From assembly GCA_965242555.1 (NCBI GenBank), contig CBDESO010000008.1, positions 547,577-611,576 of the forward strand: a stretch of 64,000 bases of DNA, written 5' to 3'. How positions within the stretch are numbered: position 1 is the first letter of the stretch; the number at the start of each line of letters is the position of its first letter. The position numbers and the translations under genes were made by a program. Origin of the DNA: Dehalococcoidia bacterium (GTDB taxonomy: Bacteria; Chloroflexota; Dehalococcoidia; Lucifugimonadales; JADFKI01). This document shows positions 17,832 to 27,190 of this stretch, piece by piece. The notes under the pieces are model-generated. The model was given only the letters and a program-made list of their open reading frames with translations, searched no databases and had not been told where the DNA came from.

Positions 17832-18797
17832 TTGAGCGACAGAGCGGCGGTTGGCGAAGTGCACGAATTTGCGGAGCGCGTGCGCGAAAATGTGCAGCGG
17901 GTCATCGTTGGGCGGGACGACGCCATCCGGCTCGCGGTGGTGGCTATGCTGTGCCGCGGGCATCTGCTGGTGGAAGACGCGCCCGGCATAGGCAAAACCA
18001 CCCTCGCCAAAGCCCTCGCGCAATCCCTGCGCTGCGCATTCCGGCGCATCCAATTCACCCCCGACCTTATGCCCACCGACGTCCTCGGCGTGAATTTCTA
18101 CAACCAGCGCGCGGGCGACTTCGAGTTTCGGCAGGGCCCAATCTTCAGCCAAATCGTGCTTGCCGACGAGATCAACCGCGCCACGCCGCGCACCCAGTCA
18201 GCCCTGCTCGAGGCTATGCAAGAGCGCCAAGCCACCGTGGACGGCGAAACCCGCCAACTGCCCGACCCGTTTATGGTTCTGGCAACCCAAAACCCCATAG
18301 AGATGGAAGGCACATTCCCCCTCCCTGAGGCGCAGCTGGACAGGTTTATGCTGCGCGCGCGGCTCGGCTATCCCACCCATGACGAAGAGTCCGACATCCT
18401 AGCCCGCTTTGAGCGCCAAAGCGCCCCGCCCGAAGTGGACGCCGTCACAGACGCCGCCGAACTCGCCCAAATGCAAGCCGAAGTCCTGCGCGTGTTCGTG
18501 GACGCCGCCGTGCGCGAGTACGTCGTCGCGATAGTCCAGGCAACCCGCCGCAACCAGACGCTGACCCTAGGCGCAAGCCCCCGCGCCGGCCTCGCGCTCT
18601 ACAAGGGCGCGCAAGCCCTCGCCGCCATAGAGGGCAGAGATTTCGTCGCCCCCGACGACGTCAAAGCGCTTGCCACCCCAACCCTAGCCCACCGCCTCAT
18701 AGTGGCGTCCAACGCCCGCCTGCGCGGCCGAACCGCCGAACACATCCTGCGCGAGATACTCGCCAGCATCCCCGTCCCGATAGAGCGAAACGAATAG
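17832..18797 (+). CDS. MoxR-family AAA+ ATPase
   Basis: It contains VIVGRDDAIRLAVVAMLCRGHLLVEDAPGIGKTTLAKALA (Walker A), ADEINRA and ATQNPIEMEGTFPLPEAQLDRF. Confidence 0.9.
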   Translation: MSDRAAVGEVHEFAERVRENVQRVIVGRDDAIRLAVVAMLCRGHLLVEDAPGIGKTTLAKALAQSLRCAFRRIQFTPDLMPTDVLGVNFYNQRAGDFEFRQGPIFSQIVLADEINRATPRTQSALLEAMQERQATVDGETRQLPDPFMVLATQNPIEMEGTFPLPEAQLDRFMLRARLGYPTHDEESDILARFERQSAPPEVDAVTDAAELAQMQAEVLRVFVDAAVREYVVAIVQATRRNQTLTLGASPRAGLALYKGAQALAAIEGRDFVAPDDVKALATPTLAHRLIVASNARLRGRTAEHILREILASIPVPIERNE

Positions 18798-18820
18798 CAA
18801 AGCATAGAGAGAAAAGCCTG

Positions 18821-20188
18821 ATGCTAGGCCAAATGTGGCAGGAATCCTGGATTATCCTATTCGTCGTCCTAATCGCCATCGGCGTATTCGCGGGCGAGGG
18901 AATGGTAATCGGGTTCGCCGTGATGGGCTTGCTGATAACCGGCGCCGCCCGCCTCTGGAACCGCGTCTCGCTGGAAGACGTCACATACGAGCGCGAGTTC
19001 ACCCAAAACCGCGTGTTCATCGGCGAGCGCGCCGAGCTGCGGATAACCCTCGCCAACCGCAAGCCCATCCCGCTCGGACGCCTGCGCGCCGAAGACGAGG
19101 TGCCGTCCTGCATGGAGATTGACGACGGCGAGGTAGTGGGCAGCCCCAACCCGGAGGCTAACGCGCTGCGGCACTCCACCTCAATGGCGTGGTATGAGCG
19201 CATACATTGGCGCTACTCGTTTCGCTGCGGGCGGCGCGGCTACTACCGCGTTGGCCCCGTAACCCTCCGCAGCGGCGACCTATTCGGCTTTTTCGGCAGC
19301 GAGCGCGTTATCCGCGGCCGCGATTATGTGCTTGTCTATCCCCGCGTGGCATCCCTCCCCGAAATAGGCATGCCCGCCGCGCGGCCCCTCGGCGAAACGC
19401 GCGGCGGCATCCGAATGTTCGAGGACGCCTCCCGCCCTATGGGCTTGCGCGATTACCAAGTCGGCGACGCGCTAAAATCCGTTGACTGGAAAGCCACCGC
19501 CCGCGCCGGCGATCTGCAAGTCCGCACATACGAACCCAGCTCCGCCATAACCGTCATCCTAGCCGTCGCCGTCGACACTATGGCGCACTACTGGGAGGGC
19601 TACTCCCCGCGCCACTTGGAGCGCATCATCACCGCCGCCGCGTCCATAGCCAACTACGCCCACGCGCAGCGCTACAACCTGGGCTTGTTCTCAAACGGCA
19701 CGCCCGTCCTCGCCGACCGGCCTATGCGTATCGCCCCCGGCAGATCCCCTGAGCAGCTCACAATCATCCTAGAGGCGCTCGCCTCCATCCGCCCACTGCC
19801 CGTTGGCTTAATGGCGGCGCAGCTCAGCGACCAGTGGCGAACGTTCCCGCTAGGCGCAACCGTAGTCGTCATAGTATCCCTTGTATCCGAAGATATGCCC
19901 GGCGTCCTGCTCAATATGCGCGCGCGCGGCTACAAGCCCGTCCTGATATACGTCGGCGACGGCGATTGCCCGCCCCTGCCCGAGGGCGTCCTGCTCTACG
20001 AAATAGGCGACGCGCTTGAGGGCTTGGAATTCCGCGAACAATTCGCCCAAGCGGATATGGCGGCATATCCCAACGCCAACGCCGCCGCCGCCAATGTCCC
20101 CGGCGATAATATCCCTAGCGCCAATGCCCCCGGCGTCAACGCCGCCAATGCCCGGACTAATGCCAATAGCCATAGAGAGAGCGAATAA
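18821..20188 (+). CDS. DUF58 family protein (MoxR-associated, vWA-like)
   Basis: An N-terminal TM pair is followed by GDLFGFF...RDYQVGDALKSVDWKATARAGDLQVRTYE, the DUF58 signature. Confidence 0.8.
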   Translation: MLGQMWQESWIILFVVLIAIGVFAGEGMVIGFAVMGLLITGAARLWNRVSLEDVTYEREFTQNRVFIGERAELRITLANRKPIPLGRLRAEDEVPSCMEIDDGEVVGSPNPEANALRHSTSMAWYERIHWRYSFRCGRRGYYRVGPVTLRSGDLFGFFGSERVIRGRDYVLVYPRVASLPEIGMPAARPLGETRGGIRMFEDASRPMGLRDYQVGDALKSVDWKATARAGDLQVRTYEPSSAITVILAVAVDTMAHYWEGYSPRHLERIITAAASIANYAHAQRYNLGLFSNGTPVLADRPMRIAPGRSPEQLTIILEALASIRPLPVGLMAAQLSDQWRTFPLGATVVVIVSLVSEDMPGVLLNMRARGYKPVLIYVGDGDCPPLPEGVLLYEIGDALEGLEFREQFAQADMAAYPNANAAAANVPGDNIPSANAPGVNAANARTNANSHRESE

Positions 20189-21603
20189 TGGCGGCGCGCG
20201 ACAACGTGGTAACCGCCCTATTGCTGCTCTGCGAAACCGCCTGGCTATTCGGCGCGTTTGGCGTCGCCAGCCTAGCCGTTGGCGGCGCGGGCAGCCCCCT
20301 ATCCTGGCCCGCCATTGCAGCCGTAATGGGCGCATCCCTGCTAACCGCTCGCGGCTTGGGAATGGTCGCTATGCCCGCGCTAATGGCATACGGCTTGCAG
20401 ATGGCGGCGGGCGCGATAGTCGTCTATATCGCCGTAGGCGCGCAGGCATCCCCTGAGTTCAACGGCGTGAACCTGACCTGGATAGGTATGCTATCCCAAG
20501 AAGAACCCACTGAGGCATCCCGCCTATTCACCATTCGCGCCGTTATGGGCAGCCTGGCCGCGGTCGGCTTGTGGTGGCGCGGCGGACACATAGGCGCCAC
20601 GTCGTTCCCCGCCGAAACGCTTGGCACAAGTTTCAAGATAGGCGTGGTAGCCCTGGCAATCGCCGCCGTAGTAGATATATTTCACGCCGCCGAACTCGGC
20701 ATCTACCCGGTGATGTTCGTATTCTTCGCCGCGGGCGTCGCCGGCCTCAGCATCGCCCATATGTCCCCCGCCGCCCGCGAGTCCACCGCAAGCCGCGCCT
20801 GGACGCGCGTAATCGGCGGCATAGTCGGTGCGATAGTCTTGGCGGGCTTGCTCTTCAGCCTGCTCCAAAGAGACATCCTAGCCGCAATCGCCGCGCCTCT
20901 GATGGTTGTGCTGAACCTGCTCGCCCGCGTAGTCTTCTATGTCATCATCTACCCGCTCGCCTATCTGGTGGACTTCTTTGTGCGCGGGCTGGTCTGGCTG
21001 CTGCGCCGCGTTCAAGCCGAGCCGCCGCAGGAAACCGCCTTGACAACCCCCGACGCCGTGCGCGGCTTGCAAGCGCTTGAGCGCGGCGATGGCGAACCCG
21101 CCGCCTTGCTGCTGCTCCAGATACTGCAATGGTCAATCGTAGCCGCGCTTGTGATAGGCTTGCTCGCGCTCTTGGCGCTTGCCTACCGGCGTCGTGCGAG
21201 CGGACGCGCCGCCGCCAACGAGGGCGAGCGCGAATCCCTGCGCGATGGCGCGGATATGGGCTACGACTTCGCCAACCTGCTCTTCAACCTGCTCCCCGCC
21301 CGCCTGCGCCGTCGCCGCAAGCGAACCGCCCTGCGCGTCCCGGCCGACGACGCCGACATCGCCGACGTCTTTCGCATCTACTTCGGCTTGCTAATGCTAG
21401 GCGAACAGCGCGGCGCGCCCAAACCCCCCCACGAAACCCCTACCGAATACCAACCGACCCTCGCCCAAATCGCCCACCCCAACCTAGCCCGCCGCGCCAC
21501 CCATGCCTTCATGCGCGCCTGCTACGGCCACCACGCGCCCGCCACCCGCCAAGAGATAGACGAAATGCGCCAGGAACTGGAGCGCGAGGCGGACAACAAG
21601 TAG
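20188..21603 (+). CDS. Polytopic membrane protein with a C-terminal DUF4129-like domain
   Basis: The start ATG overlaps the upstream TAA. There are many TM helices, and the C-terminus ETPTEYQPTLAQ...FMRACYGHHAPATRQEIDEM resembles DUF4129. No transglutaminase Cys-His-Asp core was seen. Confidence 0.6.
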   Translation: MAARDNVVTALLLLCETAWLFGAFGVASLAVGGAGSPLSWPAIAAVMGASLLTARGLGMVAMPALMAYGLQMAAGAIVVYIAVGAQASPEFNGVNLTWIGMLSQEEPTEASRLFTIRAVMGSLAAVGLWWRGGHIGATSFPAETLGTSFKIGVVALAIAAVVDIFHAAELGIYPVMFVFFAAGVAGLSIAHMSPAARESTASRAWTRVIGGIVGAIVLAGLLFSLLQRDILAAIAAPLMVVLNLLARVVFYVIIYPLAYLVDFFVRGLVWLLRRVQAEPPQETALTTPDAVRGLQALERGDGEPAALLLLQILQWSIVAALVIGLLALLALAYRRRASGRAAANEGERESLRDGADMGYDFANLLFNLLPARLRRRRKRTALRVPADDADIADVFRIYFGLLMLGEQRGAPKPPHETPTEYQPTLAQIAHPNLARRATHAFMRACYGHHAPATRQEIDEMRQELEREADNK

Positions 21604-21724
21604 CCGCCGGCGTCCGCCCGTTGCCAACAGGGCGGCGCTTTGCGCGAAACCTTGAGAAAGGTATTCTCATTTTGCAGCGCTAACATGATGTTTTGTCCTA
21701 AACGGATGAAAGACAGGTGGCGCT

Positions 21725-22054
21725 ATGGCGAAACCGAGAGTGTACAGACATGACGCGCTATGCCCGAAATGCGGCTCGAATTGGGTCAAGAAAGACGGTC
21801 ATTCGCGCGGCAAGCAGATATACAAGTGCAACCAGCGCCGCGGCAAACATCAAGAGGGCGCAAAGCATCGGTTCACTGACGCCCAGAAGGAACAAGCGGT
21901 AAAGATGTGCGTGGAGGGGATGAGCTTGTCGGCAACCGCCCGCGTGATGGGCGCGAGCGTAACCACTGTGAGCAAGTGGGTCAAAAAAGGGGACGTTGGC
22001 GGCAGAGCGTCTGACGCGCTTTCTAGAGTGGCGGACAAGCGGGCGGCAGGATAG
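21725..22054 (+). CDS. insA: IS1-family InsA-like protein (zinc finger + HTH)
   Basis: It has a zinc-finger pattern, CPKCGSNWVKKDGHSRGKQIYKCNQ, and an HTH, SLSATARVMGASVTTVSKWVKK. Confidence 0.75.
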   Translation: MAKPRVYRHDALCPKCGSNWVKKDGHSRGKQIYKCNQRRGKHQEGAKHRFTDAQKEQAVKMCVEGMSLSATARVMGASVTTVSKWVKKGDVGGRASDALSRVADKRAAG

Positions 22055-22493
22055 CGTCCGCGCGTCTATTGTGGCGTTTGATGAGATGTGGACATACTTG
22101 GGAGTCAGGCGCGGCGAGCGGCGCAAAGACCTATGGATATGGACTGCGGTGGTGGAAGAGCGGGACGGCGTCCGCTGGCGGATGTATGAAGTAGGGGACA
22201 GAGACGTGTCGGCGTTCTCGCGCTTGCTGGAGAGGTTGCCGGGCGCTGACAGGTACGAGACGGACGCTTATCCGGTGTACGAGTGGCTGCCGCGCGACAG
22301 GCATGCGGTGGGCAAGGGCGGAGCGGTGAACTGGAATGAAGGGCTGCACTCCAAGTTGAGGAGCAAGCTGAACCGGCTTGTGAGGAGTACAAAGGGCTAC
22401 ACAAAGAGCGTGGAGATGCTGAAACACATGCTGGCGATAGTGTTTGAGGAGTGCTTGAATCAGTCCCTCAAATCCATTGGCACTGCACTCTGA
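21996..22493 (+). CDS. insB: IS1-family InsB-like DDE transposase catalytic part (frame opens at 21972)
   Basis: FDEMWTYLG...KDLWIWTAV...YETDAYPVYEWLP...NEGLHSKLRSKLNRLVRSTKGYTKSVEML aligns from memory with E. coli IS1 InsB (DEQW, TDGWPLYE, ERHNLNLRQHLARL..SKS). Confidence 0.75.
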   Translation: MAAERLTRFLEWRTSGRQDSVRASIVAFDEMWTYLGVRRGERRKDLWIWTAVVEERDGVRWRMYEVGDRDVSAFSRLLERLPGADRYETDAYPVYEWLPRDRHAVGKGGAVNWNEGLHSKLRSKLNRLVRSTKGYTKSVEMLKHMLAIVFEECLNQSLKSIGTAL

Positions 22494-22516
22494 GAATACC
22501 CGAGAATACCCCCCAA

Positions 22517-22546
22517 TTGCCCACCCCCCACCCATTGTGTTATACT
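22517..22546 (+). promoter_or_regulatory. Candidate rpsB promoter (-35 TTGCCC, 18-nt spacer, extended -10 TGTGTTATACT)
   Basis: TTGCCC lies at 22517-22522 and TATACT at 22541-22546, 50 nt upstream of ATG 22597. Confidence 0.35.
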
Positions 22547-22596
22547 AAATCGGCTAAAAAATCATCCACATCCCAAAATAACCTAGGAAGGCATTT

Positions 22597-23577
22597 ATGC
22601 AGCAAGCCGTATCAGTCGCGCCCGAAACTAGCGCCGTCGCTCAGCGGCCGCAGATGGAGCGCGATCCCGCTATGATTACGATGAAGTCCCTGCTGGAGGC
22701 GGGCGTTCATTTCGGACACCAGAAGAGGCGGTGGAATCCTAAGATGCGGCGCTATATCTTTACGCACCGCAACGGCATCCACATCATTGACCTGCAGAAG
22801 ACCCTGCGTATGCTGGAAGAGGCGGCGGGCTTTATTAGCGACGTCGCGGCGGACGGCAAGAAGGTGCTGATGGTGGGCACCAAAAAGCAGGCGCAGGATA
22901 CCATCGTTACCGAATCCCAGCGCTCTAACGCTTTCTACATCACCACGCGCTGGCTGGGCGGCACGCTCACGAACTTTAAGACTATCCAGTCTCGCATCGA
23001 TTACCTTGTGGATCTCGAAACCCGCAAGGAAAAGGGCGAGTTCGTGAACTATCCCAAGAAAGAGGCGCTGAAGATGGAGGATTCCATCGCGCGGCTGAAC
23101 CGCTATCTGGGCGGCATCAAAGAGATGACCGAGATGCCCGGCGCGCTGTTCGTGATTGACGTGGGCAAAGAGGCTATCGCGGTCGCCGAGGCGAGGCGCG
23201 TAGGGATTCCCATCGTGGCGCTGGTGGATTCGGACTGCAATCCCGAACTCATCGACTACCCGATACCGGGCAACGACGACGCCATACGTTCTATCAGGCT
23301 CATCACCGCCCGCGTCAGCAGCGCCATCATTGACGGCGTGAATAGGGGCGCCGCCTTGGAGTACGACGAGATTGGCGAGGGCGTGGCTACGATGGACGCG
23401 CCGCCCGCGCCCGTCGCGCAATCGGCCCCGCCGGTAGCGCAAGCGCCCGCGGCTCAGCCGCCGGCGGACGCTACGCCCGCTGTTGCCGCGCCCGAACCTG
23501 CGCCCGTTGCCGCTCCCGCGCCCAACGCAACCGCGCCTGAGCAGCCCGCGCAGCCGGACGCCGCGCAATCCGAATAG
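22597..23577 (+). CDS. rpsB: 30S ribosomal protein S2 with an Ala/Pro-rich C-terminal tail
   Basis: [41 protein letters not shown] is the S2 signature. The start could be ATG 22597 (GGAAGG upstream), 22654 or 22672. Confidence 0.9.
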   Translation: MQQAVSVAPETSAVAQRPQMERDPAMITMKSLLEAGVHFGHQKRRWNPKMRRYIFTHRNGIHIIDLQKTLRMLEEAAGFISDVAADGKKVLMVGTKKQAQDTIVTESQRSNAFYITTRWLGGTLTNFKTIQSRIDYLVDLETRKEKGEFVNYPKKEALKMEDSIARLNRYLGGIKEMTEMPGALFVIDVGKEAIAVAEARRVGIPIVALVDSDCNPELIDYPIPGNDDAIRSIRLITARVSSAIIDGVNRGAALEYDEIGEGVATMDAPPAPVAQSAPPVAQAPAAQPPADATPAVAAPEPAPVAAPAPNATAPEQPAQPDAAQSE

Positions 23578-23676
23578 ATCATCCCGCGCATATACTTTGC
23601 GCGCGCCAAAGACACAAGACACAACACATCCCATAGACGATAGACGCGCGCAGGACGCGCAGCACTAGGAGGCGAG

Positions 23677-24180
23677 TTGGAAATCAGCGCAACCATCATA
23701 AAAGAGCTTAGAGGGCGCACAAGCGCCGGCGTTATGGACTGCAAGCGCGCCCTTGAAGAGGCGGGCGGCGATCTTGACAAGGCGCAGGATATTCTCACCC
23801 AAAAGGGCATCGCCAGCGCCGTGAAAAAAGCCGCGCGCTCTACCGAAGAGGGCGTGGTGGAGTCGTACATTCACAGCGGCGGGCGCATCGGCGTGCTGGT
23901 CGAGGTGAACTGCGAAACGGATTTTGTGGCGCGAACCGCCGACTTCCAAGAACTGGCGCACGACGTCGCTATGCAGATAGCGGCTATGGATCCGCAGTAT
24001 GTTGACGGCGAGGACGTGCCGGACGGCGAGGACGCCGACAGCCAAGAGACCGTGCTTATGAACCAGCCGTTCATCAAGGATCCCGCAAAGTCCATAAACG
24101 ACCTTGTCAAAGAGAATATCGGCAAGCTCGGCGAGAACATCCGCGTGCGGAGATTCACCAGGTTTTCGCTGGGAGAGTGA
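23677..24180 (+). CDS. tsf: Elongation factor Ts (short form)
   Basis: [37 protein letters not shown] and [19 protein letters not shown] are present. The start is TTG with AGGAGG upstream. Confidence 0.85.
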   Translation: MEISATIIKELRGRTSAGVMDCKRALEEAGGDLDKAQDILTQKGIASAVKKAARSTEEGVVESYIHSGGRIGVLVEVNCETDFVARTADFQELAHDVAMQIAAMDPQYVDGEDVPDGEDADSQETVLMNQPFIKDPAKSINDLVKENIGKLGENIRVRRFTRFSLGE

Positions 24181-24929
24181 GCGAGCGCATGCAGCCTGGC
24201 GCAGTGAAGTATGACCGCGTACTGCTAAAGCTGAGCGGCGAGTCGTTCACCGGCGACCGGGCATCCGGCACAGACGCCAGCGCGGTGTCCTATATGGCGC
24301 GCCAGATAAAGGCGATTTGCGACCTGGGCGTGCAGATGGGCATAGTGGTGGGCGGCGGCAATATCCTGCGCGGCTGGGAGGCTGAGGCGCGCGGCATGGA
24401 TCGCGCCACCGCCGACTACGCGGGCATGCTCGCCACTATCATCAACGCGCTCGCCCTGCAGGACGCGCTTGAGCGCAATCACGGGCTGGAAGTGCGGACG
24501 CAGAGCGCGATAAGCGTGCAGCAAATCGCCGAGCCGTACATCCGGCGGCGCGCCATACGCCACCTGGAAAAGCGGCGCGTGGTCATCTTCGCGGGCGGCA
24601 CGGGCAACCCGTTTATGACCACCGACACGGCGGCTGCGCTGCGCTCGGTTGAAATAGAGGCGAGCGTTTTGCTTATGGCTAAGAACAACGTTGACGGCAT
24701 CTATGAGGCCGACCCCAACATAGAGCCGGACGCCGCCAAGATTGACTTTATCACGCATCAGCAGGCGCTGGAGCGGCGATTGGGCGTTATGGACTCCACC
24801 GCGCTTTCGCTCTGCATGGACAACGACTTGCCAATAATCGTATTTGACCTGTTCGAGGACGAAATCATCCAAAAGATAATCGCGGGCGATAGGCGAGGTT
24901 CGCTGGTGGCGTCCGCCCGCCCCAACTAA
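24177..24929 (+). CDS. pyrH: UMP kinase
   Basis: It contains [23 protein letters not shown] and [23 protein letters not shown] 24189 is an alternative start. Confidence 0.9.
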   Translation: MSERMQPGAVKYDRVLLKLSGESFTGDRASGTDASAVSYMARQIKAICDLGVQMGIVVGGGNILRGWEAEARGMDRATADYAGMLATIINALALQDALERNHGLEVRTQSAISVQQIAEPYIRRRAIRHLEKRRVVIFAGGTGNPFMTTDTAAALRSVEIEASVLLMAKNNVDGIYEADPNIEPDAAKIDFITHQQALERRLGVMDSTALSLCMDNDLPIIVFDLFEDEIIQKIIAGDRRGSLVASARPN

Positions 24930-24956
24930 TCGCCCGCGTTGCCCAGGGAGATCGCT

Positions 24957-25520
24957 ATGGCTACACCGGAAGAGGTTCTTGCGAATACGGATTCACGAAT
25001 GCAAAGGTCGGTTGACGCGCTCAAGCGGGAACTGAACACAATCCGCACGGGCAGGGCGTCGCCTACCCTGGTTGAGCATCTGACGGTGGAATACTACGGC
25101 GCTCCCACGCCTATGAATCAGCTGGCATCCATATCGGTGCCTGAGGCGCGCGTGCTGATGATACAGCCGTGGGACAAGCAGTCCATCAAGGACGTGGAGC
25201 GCAGCATACTGACGTCGGACTTGGGGCTGGTTCCTAACAACGACGGGACGGCCATTCGCATCAACATCCCCGTGCTGACTGAGGAGCGCCGCCGCGAACT
25301 GGTCAGGCTGGTCGGGCGCAAGGTAGAGGACGGGCTGGTGTCGCTGCGAAACATCCGCCGCGACAGCCTTGAAAACTTCCGCGCTATGGAACGCGGCAAA
25401 GAGCTTTCCCAAGACGAAAGCCGCCGCGCACAAGACCAGTTGCAAACGCTCACCAACGCTTTCAGCGACCAGATGAACCAACTGAAGCAGGACAAGGAAG
25501 CAGAAGTAATGGAGGTATAG
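24957..25520 (+). CDS. frr: Ribosome recycling factor
   Basis: The text LNTIRTGRASPTLVEHLTVEYYGAPTPMNQLASISVPEARVLMIQPWDK is characteristic of the family. Confidence 0.9.
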   Translation: MATPEEVLANTDSRMQRSVDALKRELNTIRTGRASPTLVEHLTVEYYGAPTPMNQLASISVPEARVLMIQPWDKQSIKDVERSILTSDLGLVPNNDGTAIRINIPVLTEERRRELVRLVGRKVEDGLVSLRNIRRDSLENFRAMERGKELSQDESRRAQDQLQTLTNAFSDQMNQLKQDKEAEVMEV

Positions 25521-25525
25521 CCTCC

Positions 25526-26293
25526 GTGCGAAACGAAAGAGTTGCATTGAATACTTCTGCCGCCGCTTTCCAAGACGCAGCCGCGCGGCAGACCGACGGC
25601 CGGCCCGCAACGCCCGCCCACGTCGCGATCATTATGGACGGCAACGGCCGTTGGGCGGCGGACAAGGGCAAGGATCGCTCATTCGGGCATCGCGCCGGCA
25701 CCGCCAATCTGCGCCATGTGATTGAGGCATTCGCCAAGCGCGGCATACAATACCTGACGCTCTACGCATTCTCCACCGAAAACTGGGAGCGCCCCGGCGA
25801 AGAAGTCAGCGCGCTGCTGCAAATCATCAAAGAGGTCATTCACACTGAGGTAGCCGAACTTCACCGCAAGGGCGTGCGGCTGCTGCATCTGGGCAGGCTT
25901 GACCGGCTGTCCCCCGAACTGCGCGACGCCATATGCGAGAGCATCGATCTCACCCGCGCCAACTCGCGCATGACGCTCTGCATCGCGTTTGACTACGGCG
26001 GCAGAGATGAGATCCTTGACGCCGCGCGCGCCATAGCGGCCGACGGCGTTAAGCCCGAAGACATAGACGAGGCGCTGTTTCGCCGCTACCTGTACACCGG
26101 CGGGATGCCCGACCCCGACCTAATCATCCGCACATCGGGCGAGCAGCGCCTCAGCAACTTTCTTGTATGGCAAGCCGCCTACGCCGAGTACTACTTCACG
26201 CCCGTCTATTGGCCCGACTTTGACGAGGCGGAGGTGGTCAAGGCGCTGGACGCATACGCCAAGCGGCAGCGTCGCTTTGGCAGGCTGTCTTAA
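25526..26293 (+). CDS. uppS: Isoprenyl transferase (undecaprenyl/decaprenyl diphosphate synthase)
   Basis: It contains HVAIIMDGNGRWA, LTLYAFSTENWERP and RTSGEQRLSNFLVWQAAYAEYYF. Confidence 0.9.
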   Translation: MRNERVALNTSAAAFQDAAARQTDGRPATPAHVAIIMDGNGRWAADKGKDRSFGHRAGTANLRHVIEAFAKRGIQYLTLYAFSTENWERPGEEVSALLQIIKEVIHTEVAELHRKGVRLLHLGRLDRLSPELRDAICESIDLTRANSRMTLCIAFDYGGRDEILDAARAIAADGVKPEDIDEALFRRYLYTGGMPDPDLIIRTSGEQRLSNFLVWQAAYAEYYFTPVYWPDFDEAEVVKALDAYAKRQRRFGRLS

Positions 26294-26320
26294 GCGGCGC
26301 GGGCGCGTAGAGGCGGCGGC

Positions 26321-27190
26321 GTGAACGCGCGAATTGCCAGCGCAATCGTGGGGCTGCCCATACTGCTTGGCGCGGTGTGGCTAGGATCGCCGTGGTTCAG
26401 CGCGTTCATATTCATCGTGGCGCTGATAGCGACCGCCGAGATGACGCGGCTCGTGAATATGTGGAACCCTAGCAAGTGCCATGTCGGACTTCCGCTGATA
26501 TTCACCTCGTTTTTCATATTGAACGGCCACACTCGCGCGGCGGGCAGCCCTCCCCCCGAATTTCCCATCTTCGGGTTAATATCGCCGGAGACATATCAGG
26601 CATATACCGAAATTTCGCTGGCGTTTATGCTGCTGCTAATCTGGGGCAGCATTGTGCGGGACAGAAAAGGCGACTGGTCGAGCGCGGGATTTCTGATGGG
26701 GATTCGGATAGCCATATTCGTAGGCGGTTTTCTGTGGTACGCCTTGCGGCTGCGAGGGCTGGAGCAGGGGCTTGAATGGACGCTGGTTGTGCTGATAGGC
26801 GTGATGGCGACGGACACCGCGGCGTATTTCGCGGGGCGCGCATTCGGCAAGACGCCGCTCGCGCCCAAAATCAGCCCCGCCAAGACCTGGGAGGGCGCGG
26901 CGGCGGGCTTTCTTGCCGCGATGCTTGCCACGGGGATGGCTACCCTGATGCTGGACTTGCGCGTTATAATATGGGAGGCGCTGATACTGGGCGCGCTGAT
27001 AGGCTCGCTGTCGCAGCTGGGCGACCTCGCCGAATCGCGGATAAAGCGCAGGGCGGGCGTCAAAGACTCCGGCTGGCTCATCCCCGGACATGGCGGCATG
27101 CTAGACCGCATAGATTCAATTGTGTTCACACTGCCAGCAGTGTATTATTTCGTGATATGGGAAGTACAAAGACAGGGCTTGCTGTCCTAG
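26321..27190 (+). CDS. cdsA: Phosphatidate cytidylyltransferase
   Basis: It contains SPAKTWEGAAAGF and GDLAESRIKRRAGVKDSGWLIPGHGGMLDRIDS. Confidence 0.85.
   Translation: MNARIASAIVGLPILLGAVWLGSPWFSAFIFIVALIATAEMTRLVNMWNPSKCHVGLPLIFTSFFILNGHTRAAGSPPPEFPIFGLISPETYQAYTEISLAFMLLLIWGSIVRDRKGDWSSAGFLMGIRIAIFVGGFLWYALRLRGLEQGLEWTLVVLIGVMATDTAAYFAGRAFGKTPLAPKISPAKTWEGAAAGFLAAMLATGMATLMLDLRVIIWEALILGALIGSLSQLGDLAESRIKRRAGVKDSGWLIPGHGGMLDRIDSIVFTLPAVYYFVIWEVQRQGLLS

Larger units (their letters stand above)
21660..22500 (+). mobile_element. IS1-family insertion sequence (about 841 bp)
   Basis: IRL is ggtattctcattttgcagcgc (21660-21680). The reverse complement of 22480-22500 is ggtattctcagagtgcagtgc, giving 17/21 identity by hand count. 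InsA-like and InsB-like ORFs lie inside. Confidence 0.8.

Noticed and set aside
21983-21989. Canonical IS1-style -1 programmed frameshift at the A6G run.
   Set aside because: By my codon-phase count the InsB frame is +1 (or -2) relative to InsA, so the standard -1 model does not fit. It is reported instead as an open question.
21651-22509. A target-site duplication flanking the IS1-family element.
   Set aside because: The 9-nt flanks (cttgagaaa vs cgagaatac) match at only 4 positions, so no convincing duplication could be called.
22612-23634. A 340-aa ORF on the minus strand.
   Set aside because: It is entirely antisense to the well-supported rpsB gene. Its Arg/Gly/Ala-rich nonsense composition is typical of shadow ORFs in high-GC DNA.
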